A model generated the notes under the pieces. It was not told the DNA's origin, did no database searches, and was given only the letters and a program-made list of their open reading frames with translations. The translations under genes and the position numbers were made by a program. A stretch of DNA of 56,347 bases, filler included, from Stramenopiles sp. TOSAG23-3 (taxonomy: Eukaryota), in the NCBI GenBank assembly GCA_900128585.1. It is 4 parts of 4 records of this genome, joined end to end, with 100 filler letters (N's around TTAATTAATTAA, not from the genome) between each part and the next. Parts side by side here need not be neighbours in the genome. Positions count along the whole stretch, not along the records: positions 26,094 to 52,028 come from LT642281.1; 3 more parts are not named here. One strand, written 5' to 3'. Of the stretch, positions 28,713-39,461 are shown in pieces (positions within the stretch are counted from its first letter, which is position 1; every line of letters begins with the position of its first letter).

Positions 28713-30707
28713 ATGGCAACCCTTTCTTCTTCGGCTGCTACAAAAATCAAAGAATTGTTGACCGTTGTGATCACCACGTCGCCTGCAAAATGTCACCCAG
28801 AGATAGACATGATAAAGGATGTCATCGAATCGTTTAAGCTAATAAATGGGTTAGAAGGGGCTCGGGTCATCGTTGCATGCGACGGCGTTAACGTTGGCGC
28901 GAGGGAGCGCCCGAGCCGAGGTATTGTTTCGGCCGAAACTGCGGAGAGGTACGACGCGTACTTGACACGCTTGGAAAATTCCTCGTTGGGTGTTGAGGTT
29001 GTGCGCGCAGCAGAAAGAATCGGGTTCGGGTTTGGGGTAAAAAACTCGCTCAATTTGGTTCAGACCCCATACGTTATGGTCGTCCACCACGACCAGAAGT
29101 ACACGCGGCCCTGGGACATCGAAAAGGCGATCGAAATGATGATATTGTCCGAAGTAGGAATGGGCGAGGGCGGGGAGGAACCGCGCCCAATTTATTACGT
29201 AGGCTGCTTATCGCCTTCGACTGTAAAGTACGGCGATTCTTGCATTGGCAAGAAGTTTGATGACCCTAGGAAGGATGCGATTGATATTGGGGCCAACTCT
29301 ACACTGGTACCCTTGTACTGCTGGTACGATCGGAACCATATTGCCTCCGTAAGCCATTACCAATCCGTTGTTTTTGCAAGCGGGCTGGTCAAGAAAGGCA
29401 CCTTTATCGAAGACAGCTACGGCCAAGCCCAGCTCAAGAAAATCAAGGCCGAGGGACTCAGCGCCCATCGCCCGTACGGAACTTACTTGCTAGACGATGG
29501 CAGAGGGGCGGCAATTTCCCACATCGATGGAAGGCGGTGGATGACCGACAAGCAGCGGGAAGCTGCAGGATTTCCACCGCTGAAAAAGAAGCAAGCCGCG
29601 GCGGCGCAAGGGAGCAACGCGGACCTTCAAGCCGCGGCGGCAACAAGGTCGCAGCAGCGCAGTTTTCACCACAGTTGGGGCAGCCAGGGCCCCTCCAGGG
29701 CGCAGGCAAACGTGCGGGTGGAAACTCTACCCCAGGCGCAGGAGCTGGCAGTTCTTAGTAAACTTTGCAGTTACACAGATCGGGGCGTTCCATTTTTTTC
29801 TATTCAGTCGGTGGAAGGGTTGAACAATACCAAAGGTCTTCGGGAAGAGATATATTCACAATTTTTTGAGGCTGGGGGGCCAGGGTGCATTGGCCTGAAG
29901 GCCTGCTTTTCGAAAGATGTTATGGATCGGTACAACCAGTTCTGCGAAGCCTATATCCACACCGCAAAGCACCATGCAAATTGCCGCCACCCAAAGCAGC
30001 CAGGAAAGTACGTAATCAACAACCTTATGGAAGCCCTGAGCGAGCAGGACCCGGACCTTTTCATGCAGCTGGTGAACAATCCCGTGTACAATGCAGTGAT
30101 GGATGTTTTGCTAGGCTTCTCTTCGATCGGCGCGTTTACAACGCACTGGATTGAGCCTGAGGCGGACCGGCAGATGTCCCACGTGGACTACCCCGTGCAC
30201 ATTGGGTCGGGAAAATTTTGGGAAGGTCGGGTGGAGAAAGGCAAGGAGTTTTTCACAAGGCACCAAATCAACCATGTCTTGCCGTTTTTCAGCGTTCAGG
30301 CTTTGATGGCAAGCGATAAAATGGACGTCAGCAATGGGAGCACCGAGGTCGTGCCGTACAGCAACGCCATTCAAGACATTGACATGAAAATTCACGATCC
30401 CGAATTCTACAAATCGATGGAAGATAAGTTTATGAACGTTTCATTGGACCAAGGGGACGTCTTCATGTTCAATCGGCGCCTCTGCCATAGGGGAGGGAGG
30501 AACTTGTCCAAGTTTCGCAGAAATTCCGCGATCATGCAGTGCGTTTGGTTGTTCGGCATTGGGCAGCACCAGACCGCGTTTAAAGACATTTTGACCAATT
30601 TGAAAGGGCGGACTAAGCTGTACGACGGTTTGAGCGAAGACGAACGGGATCGGTTTCATTTGCGCCTCAGGCAACCTTACCCCTTAGACACTACGCTGCA
30701 GAATTAA
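28713..30707 (+). CDS. Fusion: N-terminal GT-A-like glycosyltransferase domain plus C-terminal PhyH-type Fe(II)/2-oxoglutarate dioxygenase
   Basis: N-terminal LTVVITTSP..HP, VIVACDG, VQTPYVMVVHHD; Ala/Gln linker; C-terminal HVD, NGSTEVVPYS and GDVFMFNRRLCHRGGRN..RR (HxD...H facial triad plus 2OG-binding Arg). Confidence 0.72.
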   Translation: MATLSSSAATKIKELLTVVITTSPAKCHPEIDMIKDVIESFKLINGLEGARVIVACDGVNVGARERPSRGIVSAETAERYDAYLTRLENSSLGVEVVRAAERIGFGFGVKNSLNLVQTPYVMVVHHDQKYTRPWDIEKAIEMMILSEVGMGEGGEEPRPIYYVGCLSPSTVKYGDSCIGKKFDDPRKDAIDIGANSTLVPLYCWYDRNHIASVSHYQSVVFASGLVKKGTFIEDSYGQAQLKKIKAEGLSAHRPYGTYLLDDGRGAAISHIDGRRWMTDKQREAAGFPPLKKKQAAAAQGSNADLQAAAATRSQQRSFHHSWGSQGPSRAQANVRVETLPQAQELAVLSKLCSYTDRGVPFFSIQSVEGLNNTKGLREEIYSQFFEAGGPGCIGLKACFSKDVMDRYNQFCEAYIHTAKHHANCRHPKQPGKYVINNLMEALSEQDPDLFMQLVNNPVYNAVMDVLLGFSSIGAFTTHWIEPEADRQMSHVDYPVHIGSGKFWEGRVEKGKEFFTRHQINHVLPFFSVQALMASDKMDVSNGSTEVVPYSNAIQDIDMKIHDPEFYKSMEDKFMNVSLDQGDVFMFNRRLCHRGGRNLSKFRRNSAIMQCVWLFGIGQHQTAFKDILTNLKGRTKLYDGLSEDERDRFHLRLRQPYPLDTTLQN

Positions 30708-30916
30708 GGCGCGTTCAAGGAAAACAAAACAAAAATTTGGCCTCATCCGGTGTCTCAATCAGTCGGTCCTTGTGTGGTTTTCCATAGCCAGAGTGAAGGA
30801 ACCATGATATAAAATGTAAAAAAATAACCTAATTCAGTTGTATTGACAATACCCATTTTTGTAGTATTGATATATGAATGATATTTCATTTGTGTGTTTA
30901 CACTTCTTCGCTGGCT

Positions 30917-31939
30917 TTACTGGAGGACACACGCCGCGCTTCTTGGGGTATTCGTTGGGGTGTCCTTTCCCTGATTTTTCTTTGCGTTTACCATAATGTT
31001 TTTCAACGACTGGTACTCTTCGGTAGCAGCAAAGGCCGCAAATTTCGCCTTTTGCATTTCGTTGCAGCTCTTCTCGATGTCGCCAAACATCTTGATGCTG
31101 GGTTTTCCAAGCTGAAAGGCGATTTCTTTTCTATTTTCAATTGTAGTGCTTACCTCGTACTCAGACCCTTCCATGATGAAGGCGACGTAAATTAGCCATG
31201 CAATTTCCTTTGACTTGTTCGACTTTTCATCGAAATGCTTTTTGAACCCTTGAATCGCTTGGTAGCACATGGTGTTTTCCGCAGCATGCAGCTTTCCCAA
31301 ATACTTTGTGAACACTCGGGTCATGTACTTGTCTGAGAGGATTTGATCTAAGGTGACGTTTGGAAAATCGATCTGTTTCAGCTTGAACCCTGGCTGGTTG
31401 AAGAGCGTGTCGGGAAGAATCCCCATGCTGGAGAATTTGGAGAATATATCGTCTGCAGACCGTTTGACGCTCATCAGCTGCCGCAAGAGGACGTAGTCTT
31501 CCGATTGCTTGAACCGAAGGAAAAGGTCGGATTTCAAAGTTTGGTGGGCTTCCTTAATGGCCAGCTCGAACGCGGCTTGGGTCGGTGGACTGCATTCCAA
31601 AGCTTCCATGACGCCTTCGCGCGCCCCACTGCTCAGAGATATTTCCGTCGGGGAGTTCGTCGCTAGAAACTCTTCGTAAATCGCTTTGGCGTCCAAGATG
31701 ATGTCGGCCTCCGATTGAGACTCGTACTTGTTGATCCACCATCCAACCGAATGAAAAAACCTCAAATTTTCATCGCAAAAGCATTTGGCGGCGAAATGTT
31801 CCAGAAAACCAACTAGTGCAGGATTGGCCAGAAAATCGTCCAGCACTTTCTTGTCTAACCCGTCGTCGTCAAAGTCCAGCGTCATCTCGTGCATCAGCGA
31901 CATCCGTCGGTTATTTGGCGTTGTCGCAGGAGTTGCCAT
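30917..31939 (-). CDS. Tandem RGS-domain protein with C-terminal CaaX
   Basis: RGS1 CDENLRFF...AKAIYEEFL..SPTEISLS; RGS2 AAENTMCY...AWLIYVAFIMEGSEYEVS; ends CVLQ. Confidence 0.85.
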   Translation of the reverse strand: MATPATTPNNRRMSLMHEMTLDFDDDGLDKKVLDDFLANPALVGFLEHFAAKCFCDENLRFFHSVGWWINKYESQSEADIILDAKAIYEEFLATNSPTEISLSSGAREGVMEALECSPPTQAAFELAIKEAHQTLKSDLFLRFKQSEDYVLLRQLMSVKRSADDIFSKFSSMGILPDTLFNQPGFKLKQIDFPNVTLDQILSDKYMTRVFTKYLGKLHAAENTMCYQAIQGFKKHFDEKSNKSKEIAWLIYVAFIMEGSEYEVSTTIENRKEIAFQLGKPSIKMFGDIEKSCNEMQKAKFAAFAATEEYQSLKNIMVNAKKNQGKDTPTNTPRSAACVLQ

Positions 31940-32812
31940 GGCACCACCGTTCGACAGAAGGGGTTTAAAAGAATGCAACCGGACGCACGCAGCCGGTCAG
32001 TCAGTGTTCACAGTTCTCCGCTTTAGCAAGGAGAAACGAACAACCAAAATGCACTCGCCAATCGCTTACCTGTATACCGAATCAAACAAACAAAACAACA
32101 AACAACGAAGAAGTGACATGTTCTCAAACCAAATAAACATTCCCTCCTTTCTTTCCAGGTAAGCTCCTCGTATAAATTAATTGTTGAGCAACACCTATAT
32201 ACTGGTATGGTATACCTCCAATATAATTGGCGTCGTTTTCGTTATATTTAGATTGTCAAAAATATAAATAAATCTCTTTAAAAAGTATAGTACATAAAAT
32301 ATACAAAAATTCTATCAGTATTTAATTGTTAGTTTATGTACTTAATGAAAATTAAACAAGAAACGAAAATATTGTAAAACGATGTTTTCATAAAAAAAAA
32401 AGATCGTCGTTGGTCATCAATGCTGTGTATATGTAAATGGACACCTTTTGTTGGAAATCTTTGTTTTTATTTTTTCATCCATGCTGTGTATATGTATTTT
32501 CAAGAAGAAAAGAATGAAGAAGAAGGAAAAAAAAATATTTAAAAAAAAGAAGAAGGGTTGGATGGAAAAGAAACAACGAAACACATTTCATTGCATGTGT
32601 CATCATGGTTTAAAATGCAAAAGGAGAAAATCAGTTGATCATCGATTTACATTTTGTAAGCATTCTTATGGGAAGGTAACAAATAGAAGTTTGTCGATAC
32701 AGCTTTACATAACTATTGTTTACTTGTTGTAGAGTCTTGCGTTCCCACGTGTTGCGTATAGCTTGGGGACCATACAGAGCGCCGTCCCGCCTCCTGTGTG
32801 TGTACGGACATC

Positions 32813-34066
32813 ATGGCGACGACCAATACACTGCAGTCGGTAGTTGGACTCCTTTACCCGTATACGAAAAGCTTGGGTTTTTGTGGGGATTATGTATATA
32901 GTGAGATTGGGACACCTTCAAGCGTTGATGTTGATGGCAGTGTCGTTCGGATACTTGCATCCTGGCCGAAACGCCGGAACCACTTTGTGTCGACGTTCAC
33001 GAGGCTGGACATAATACGGCGGGTGTGTAGTTTTTTGTTGGACCCGGACGACTGCTTGCTGCTATCGTTGTTGAACCACGACATGCACAGCGCCATGTGC
33101 ACGTTTCCATCAGTTACCATAAACGCAAGCAAGTTGTCCCTGTCGAACTCGGCCCTGGAAGAGGGGGAGGTGGTAGCAAAGGGTTGGAAAGAAGTCCTGA
33201 GGTTTTTGTCGCGAAGGAGGCAGTTTGCCATTAAGCTGAGGGTTATTGGGACGTTGCCCGTTCACATGGTTGCGGGCATCATCGACAACAATGGCTCCGC
33301 AGGCGGGGGAGCGTTGCAGAGGCTGACGATGAACGAAGCGGTGTGCGAAGGCATAAAGATGTACGTCCCGCGGGCGATGGCGTTCGAGGACGAACGGCTT
33401 TTAGAACAATCCAAAACGCTGTCGGAAAAGTATGCTTTTTTGACAGACATGGAAACTTTTGACATGGAAAACACCCCCACCGTGCTGAGCGCGTCCAGGG
33501 ACGACTTCCAGGCGTTGAAGAAAGACGCGACCACGCATTTTGCAGCGTGCTCCAGCATTGGTGCCTGCGCGCAGAATTTTGGCAAGGTGATAGCCACGTG
33601 CGACATTGCCGAGCACGAGCTGTCGTTGATCGGCCACACGTTCTCGTACTTTATGACCGTCGAAGACCTGAAGGCGAACTTGGACGTTATCCCGCTGTCG
33701 ATGGAACGGCTCAAGCGCGAGGCCGTGCGGTGGTCCATGCTCAGCGCTAGCATGGGAGATTCGACCCGGTCCGACGGAAAGCATCCTGCTGCAAAGTTCC
33801 CGTGCTACCGCAACATTCAGTACGAAGTGGACATGATGATACTGGACTTTAACTACTTGAACAAGCTGCTGCAAAATGGAGACGATGCCTTGGAGGCCCT
33901 CTCCTACCTTTGCAATGCGAACGCGGAGGGCCCCGTGAACCGTGGCGGCGATCCGTCAACGCCAACCATCGGCAACGCGCTGCGATTTTGGAAGTCACAC
34001 GGGGAGAACTTAGAGAGCATTACCGACCTCGCGAGCGAAATGAAGCGCTGGAGTAGGATGGATTGA
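32813..34066 (+). CDS. Hypothetical protein, possible F-box-like motif
   Basis: About 417-aa ORF with coding-like GC; LDIIRRVCSFLL..DCLLLSLLNHDMH weakly resembles an F-box. Confidence 0.6.
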   Translation: MATTNTLQSVVGLLYPYTKSLGFCGDYVYSEIGTPSSVDVDGSVVRILASWPKRRNHFVSTFTRLDIIRRVCSFLLDPDDCLLLSLLNHDMHSAMCTFPSVTINASKLSLSNSALEEGEVVAKGWKEVLRFLSRRRQFAIKLRVIGTLPVHMVAGIIDNNGSAGGGALQRLTMNEAVCEGIKMYVPRAMAFEDERLLEQSKTLSEKYAFLTDMETFDMENTPTVLSASRDDFQALKKDATTHFAACSSIGACAQNFGKVIATCDIAEHELSLIGHTFSYFMTVEDLKANLDVIPLSMERLKREAVRWSMLSASMGDSTRSDGKHPAAKFPCYRNIQYEVDMMILDFNYLNKLLQNGDDALEALSYLCNANAEGPVNRGGDPSTPTIGNALRFWKSHGENLESITDLASEMKRWSRMD

Positions 34067-34151
34067 TGCCCCCAGTTTTACCGATTGAGAAGAAAAGACC
34101 AGTGCACATTGAATATCGTCCTATACTTTGTAAAGGTGTATAGGGTGCTAA

Positions 34152-34283
34152 TTGACAAGGGTATATATTGACTAGAATGAACAAACGGGGCAGATTCATT
34201 TTCGCGGGGTATTAATACACGAAGAAGATAGACTGGATTTTGATTTTAATTACTTTGTACTTTCGGCCAATTTTTTGTTTTTA
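34152..34283. repeat. Degenerate copy of the dispersed gene-3'-end repeat family
   Basis: TTGACAAGGGTATAT..., TTCATTTTCGCGG and GCCAATTTTTTGTTTTTA resemble the interior and end of 21406-21554. Confidence 0.5.
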
Positions 34284-36005
34284 AAGGTGTAGTATAGTAG
34301 ATATAATACAAATATTTCCAGACAGAGGCGTGGTCAATAGAGAAAAAAAAAGTGTTTTTTTTGTTGTGAAGAAGAAGAGGGCGATATTGAATGTTATAGC
34401 ATAATATATGTACTTATTATACTGGTTACATTACTGGATGTTAATATAAACCTAATTGTATCAATACAATACATCAAAATATTACAATCAAATTCAAGTT
34501 TTTTTAATTATAGAAAAGGAAAAAAAAAAGGGAGGGGTATAAATTAAAGTACAGAGACTGAAAAGAAAAAACTACGAGGTAATTTTAGGTTCAGGAAAGA
34601 ATGTCTTCGAAGACAAAGCTTGCGGTCAAGCAAGAACAGGTAGAAAAATACCTGCTCATGCACCTGGAATTGTCCAAATCTGGGGAAAGCGCCACGAGAA
34701 ATTTCGGATTGAAACAAGCAGCGTTCTTCAGCCCAGTCTCGTAAAACCCACGCACATTGTCGGGGTGCAGGTGATGCTCTGCCCCAAAGCTGGATTGCGC
34801 TACCTGCACATAGTTCAACCGACTGTTCAACAAAGTGTACCCTTTCGAGTTCCGTACAGACGCCTTTGTTGGCCACGAAATTAATCCAGCCAGAGCCGCG
34901 GTGAATTTCCTTTTTGACGTTCTCCTTCGCCTTCTTCGCCGCACGTTTTCCGTCTCCATCTCCTCGCCTCCGCTTGCCTACGTTCTTTGAGTTCTTTGAC
35001 CTGAAGTCTCATACACTTGCTTTTATGCCCCCTAAAAGGAATTTTACCAAAAATGTGTATTTCTCACTTTTCTTCCATAAGTATGAATACTCTTGCTTTC
35101 TACTAAATTTCTGATAAATAAAGCCCACTTCATAACTTCATCAATGAGTGGGGTTTCTTTTTTTTGTTGTTTTTTTGGTGGAGGATTTATACATTTACAC
35201 AGCATCGAAATTAATTATATTTGTATAGGATACCAAGACACAAAAAGCATACAATGATGTTGTACTTATGGAGTCAATAATATAACAGAAGGACAGTATT
35301 GCAACAACATATTTTACACTACTTAGCATCTTAAACAACCACAGCATTGAACATCTTCTGTTCATCTTTTTTTATCTGTAGTATCTGTTATATGTATACA
35401 TAATATCATAGTTCCCCTATCAAGTATATTGAATTGCAACGTTTGATGCTGTCATGATGTATTGTGATTCTTCCATAAAAATAAATAAAAGAAGAAACCT
35501 TCTCACTTTTGGTTAAATACAAACATTATTTTAAATCATTTGAAAGTAAGAGTATTTCTAAATTGGAAAGAAAGGAGGAAAAGAAACATTTTCAGCACAA
35601 TTCCTTTGAGGGGGTATAAAAACAAGTGCAGGAGACTGGAAAACAAGCCCCAGAATGAGAATTTAGATTACAGAAAGTTGAGTATTGGGATCAAAGCAGG
35701 TTAAAGAAGGAGTACACACACACACAGGAGTTGAAGGCAGACGAACGCACGGATGAAGAACAAGACGTAGATAACGACGATTTCAAATATTTATGGGCCA
35801 ATAGATTGTTCAATTTGAAAGAGGTACTAAAGAAGTTGAGGGATGATCCTGAATTCGATGGTGAAGGAGACGAGACGTGTGTGAACTGTCTGGTCAAAGC
35901 TATTTGCACCGGTCTCGATATCGACTACGTGAAGCACCCTGAGCACCGCCAAGCGGCTGTCCTCTACGTTGTGGCTGAAACACGGAGAGATATCCGTTCC
36001 CGTTT

Positions 36006-36452
36006 TTGTCAAACAGCTGGCTGAACAGTTCGGCATGCAATCTCGTCGTGGAGGTGAAGCGTAAGCCTTCAGCCGACCATGTGAACTGCTCTCCCGTAAT
36101 TGATTTGAAGAAGCAGCTGTTCCTTGGAGCAGTCACACATTATTCATTTTTTGGCAATGCACTGGCACAACGTAGTGAGAATTACAAACAATCTATTCTA
36201 AATGCTATTTCTCTTGTCACACAAGCAACACCAGCTGGGGTGTTGGTGTTTCTTCCTAGCAGAACATTTTTAAAACTCTTTGAACAATACATACGTCTGA
36301 AATTGAAAAAAGGCAAAGAAATCTTTGGAAACAAGTCCGTATTTTTTGATAATGAACACAGTAATACATATGCACACTTTGATGCATTAGGAGTTAGTAA
36401 ACATTGGAGTGTTCAAGCAATCATGGAACGATTTCTACTGGTTGTTCTCTGA
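36006..36452 (+). pseudogene. Fragment of XPD-family (FANCJ/RTEL1/DDX11-like) helicase C-terminal domain
   Basis: PVIDLKKQLFLGAV...YKQSILNAISLVTQATPAGVLVFLPS...KSVFFD resembles the HVI..QVWVG...GLLVFFPSY...K.IFVE segment; no other helicase motifs. Confidence 0.6.
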
Positions 36453-36503
36453 TAAGAAAATCATAAAGGGGAATGCAGGCTGTACTGTCGTGGGTATTTC
36501 CCT

Positions 36504-36707
36504 TCAGTTTTGAATGTTGAAGTTCCCTGATCTCTTTACTCGTAACTTACAGCCATCAATAAAACCCCAGATACGTGGGTATTTTTGTTCAGCCCAATCA
36601 TACAAGGGCCTGCCACTAGCAAGTTGATGCTCCTTGATTACCTCCCTAACATTGCCATCACTATTTTCAAATCGGAATAAGCCAAACGTATTGCTTTTGC
36701 AACCCAT
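36504..36707 (-). pseudogene. PIF/Harbinger-type DDE transposase fragment
   Basis: KYPRIWGFIDGCKLRVKRS..N.Q resembles the first catalytic Asp motif (WGFIDGT..I.RP) of Harbinger/IS5-type transposases; followed by a stop. Confidence 0.55.
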
Positions 36708-37410
36708 GCTGAAATCAAAACTGCATTTGAACTCCTTGCCTTGTGCTTTTTGAGTTTGTTCACAGCCTTTGTTTTTTTCCAGTCCCTTTTCATAACTTGA
36801 TACTTTTTTGAATTTGATTGTAATATTTTTATGTATTGTATTGATACAATTAGGTTTATATTACCACAAAGAAAAGAATCGTATATGTGTGTTATTTACA
36901 TGTTTAACAAATATTAGTATAATATTTCGTATAGTTTAATTACGATTATAAATTAAGGTAAATACATTAAAGTTAAAATACTTTTACTCATAAAAATTTT
37001 AATTTTATAATTGAAAACAATGAAATAATTAATTCGAAAGAAGTGATAATATTCGAAATGAAGATATTACTATCCTTACATTTTGAAGCATTGAAGCGAC
37101 TGGTTATAAAACATAATAATAATAATAATAATAAAATTATTGATTTTGAGGAGACCACCGCCATTCTTCCATTTCTGCTTGCTTGTTTGTTTCTTTGTCT
37201 CTTTTAAATGGTTAAGAGTTGAATATAGAAAAGAAGAATTGAATAAAGAGGATGTACCATTTTTAATCTTGTTTCGTTTGATTCTTAAGTAAACATTGGG
37301 TTTGTCAATTAGACCTATACTCGTTGTCCCGAACGATCGTACGAACCAACCACCGTTCCTTTCCTGTTGCCGTCCGTCCGCCCGTCAGCTTACCTGTACA
37401 CGCTCGTGGA

Positions 37411-37701
37411 ATGGCACATACGTTGACGCAGTTGCTGGGGAAGAAAGTCAGCATAATAACTTGTGATGGGAGAAACCTTTGTGGGATTTTGAAAGGGTAC
37501 GATCGTGCGACTAATTTGGCCGTGAGTGAGTGCCAAGAGAAGATTTTTTCTATGGATGAGGGCGTTGAGGTAATAGAACTAGGACTTTTTGTTATTAGGG
37601 GAGACAACGTTTCCATTGTCGGGGAGGTCGACCTGGAGTCTGAGGCTAAGGTAGACTTATCCTCAGTCCGGGGAGAGCAAGTTCAGCCCGTCAAGCACTA
37701 A
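37411..37701 (+). CDS. LSM8: U6 snRNA-associated Sm-like protein LSm8
   Basis: ITCDGRNLCGILKGYDRATNL (Sm1) and GVEVIELGLFVIRGDNV (Sm2); ends PVKH. Confidence 0.92.
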   Translation: MAHTLTQLLGKKVSIITCDGRNLCGILKGYDRATNLAVSECQEKIFSMDEGVEVIELGLFVIRGDNVSIVGEVDLESEAKVDLSSVRGEQVQPVKH

Positions 37702-37830
37702 AGTAAAGCGGCGTGTGGTGCATTTTTTTTGATAATCGACAGAGAATATATATACGCATTACATACTTTGTACTTTGTGTATAGTGTATGTACACACTCC
37801 CCCTCCCCTTATACAGTTTACCCTGTTTGA

Positions 37831-38610
37831 TTATAAAACTGCAACATCATCGCTCATGATGACCTCGTTCGAAGACGATGAAGGGTCACTGGCCACTTCG
37901 ACATCATCCTCTAAAATGGACGTGTACTTGTTTCCACCGTCCTCTTCGGCTCTTTCGGGGTGGAAAAATACCGTCAAGTACAACGCAATCTGAGCGGCAC
38001 CCAGCAACGTGCCCGTTATGTTACATATCATGATCGGTTTATCGTTTACAGTAATCCCGTAACACATCCAAGCGAAGCTGCAGAAGAAGGTCGCCACCGA
38101 GAGGTGCAAAGGCATGTACTGGACGCTTTTGGAATCCCACACTTGCTTCATTATCGTAAGCGGCGACGCGTACATGCCTATGTTCAGGATGGCAGCAACG
38201 ACCCCAATGCCGTCGCTGGCGTCGGAGGGTTTGGCGCAGAATACAAAAGGGAAGAGCAGCATGAACAGCAAAAACAAAACCGAGGGCCCAAACGAACGCT
38301 TGAACCGCCTGGTATTCCGCGCGTTGCAGTACTTGTAGAACGCAAGGCAGTACGCCATTTCCATTAAAAACCCTATGAAGTTCGTGACCAACGGCGTTGT
38401 TCGGTTCGGTGTCACCGACGGGAGCGCGTAAATAACCCACACCCCACAGTTTAAAATGCCCGAAACGTACGGGTCACTGCTGAATTCTTTCGTATCTTTC
38501 TCTTTGTGTATTGTCCGAATCGTTGGAATAGGAGCTAAAAACAACGTAAACGCCAAAAGCATACCAAACACACTTTCCACCTCTTCGACTGTGGACACTT
38601 GGTTAACCAT
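37831..38610 (-). CDS. SWEET: SWEET (MtN3/saliva) sugar transporter
   Basis: Two MtN3 repeats: FLAPIPTI...FSSDPY..LNC..W and MYASPL....KSVQYMP...W.CYG..D..I..CN..G. Confidence 0.92.
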   Translation of the reverse strand: MVNQVSTVEEVESVFGMLLAFTLFLAPIPTIRTIHKEKDTKEFSSDPYVSGILNCGVWVIYALPSVTPNRTTPLVTNFIGFLMEMAYCLAFYKYCNARNTRRFKRSFGPSVLFLLFMLLFPFVFCAKPSDASDGIGVVAAILNIGMYASPLTIMKQVWDSKSVQYMPLHLSVATFFCSFAWMCYGITVNDKPIMICNITGTLLGAAQIALYLTVFFHPERAEEDGGNKYTSILEDDVEVASDPSSSSNEVIMSDDVAVL

Positions 38611-38700
38611 CGTGCCACTCACCCACAAACCTGTCACAAAATGTGCAAACCGAACACTGTATACAACGAGAGAGTGTGATATAAATAGAGACCTGTATTC

Positions 38701-38797
38701 AATCTGAATCTGAATCTGAATCTGAATCTGAATTTGAATCTGAATCTGAATTTGAATCTGAATTTGAATTTGAATCCGAGTTTGAGTTTGAGTTTGA
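38701..38797. repeat. Degenerate hexamer microsatellite (AATCTG/AATTTG/AGTTTG)n upstream of SWEET
   Basis: Direct reading, about 16 units. Confidence 0.9.
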
Positions 38798-39461
38798 AAT
38801 AGAGGATGAAATTAAATTGTCTTTCGTTCTGTTTACATACAGTTTCTTTTATATATATACATAAACTTTATGGTAATAAATATAATTTATATTTTATTAT
38901 CTTCTTTTTTCTTCTTCTTCTTCTCTTCTCAACAAAACAAAACAATAAAATAATAATTTTTTTTTCTTTTTTTCGTCTCATTATTATTAGTTCTCTTTCT
39001 TCTTTCTTTAATCTAATAAAAAAAAAAAAAGGAATTTTAATAATATTAATATCTTTTCCCCATCTTCTTCTTGATGCTGTGTTTATATAATTATTAAATA
39101 ATATTATTTTTTATTAAAAATTATTATCTTTTTTTTTTGCTTTTTTCTTAATGCTGTGTCTATGCTATATTATTATTATTTTTTGCGAGAATTGATTAAA
39201 AATAAAAATATTTTTAAAAAAAAGTTGAGGACCGACCAACACGTTTTGGATTTAGTAATTTGTGTGTGTGTGTGTGTGTGTGTATCTTTGCATTGGACTA
39301 TTTATATTTAGACTATATATATTTATGTAAAAAGTAAGCTGTGCAACCATTTTGGTTTATTTCATAGGATAGAATCGAACGAACAATATTTTACCATAAG
39401 AAAAAGAAGAAGTGTCACTTTCTTATTCACTAATTAGCCCACTCTCACTCAACAGCAAACA

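Larger units (their letters stand above)
34442..36863. mobile_element. Non-autonomous DNA transposon with 56-bp terminal inverted repeats, carrying gene fragments
   Basis: 34442-34497 is the reverse complement of 36808-36863 (55/56 identical); the interior has no intact long ORF. Confidence 0.8.

Noticed and set aside
36504-36707. Autonomous Harbinger transposon
   Set aside because: Only the first catalytic motif is present before a stop, and no clean 3-bp TAA/TTA direct duplication flanks the TIRs, so the fragment may be cargo.
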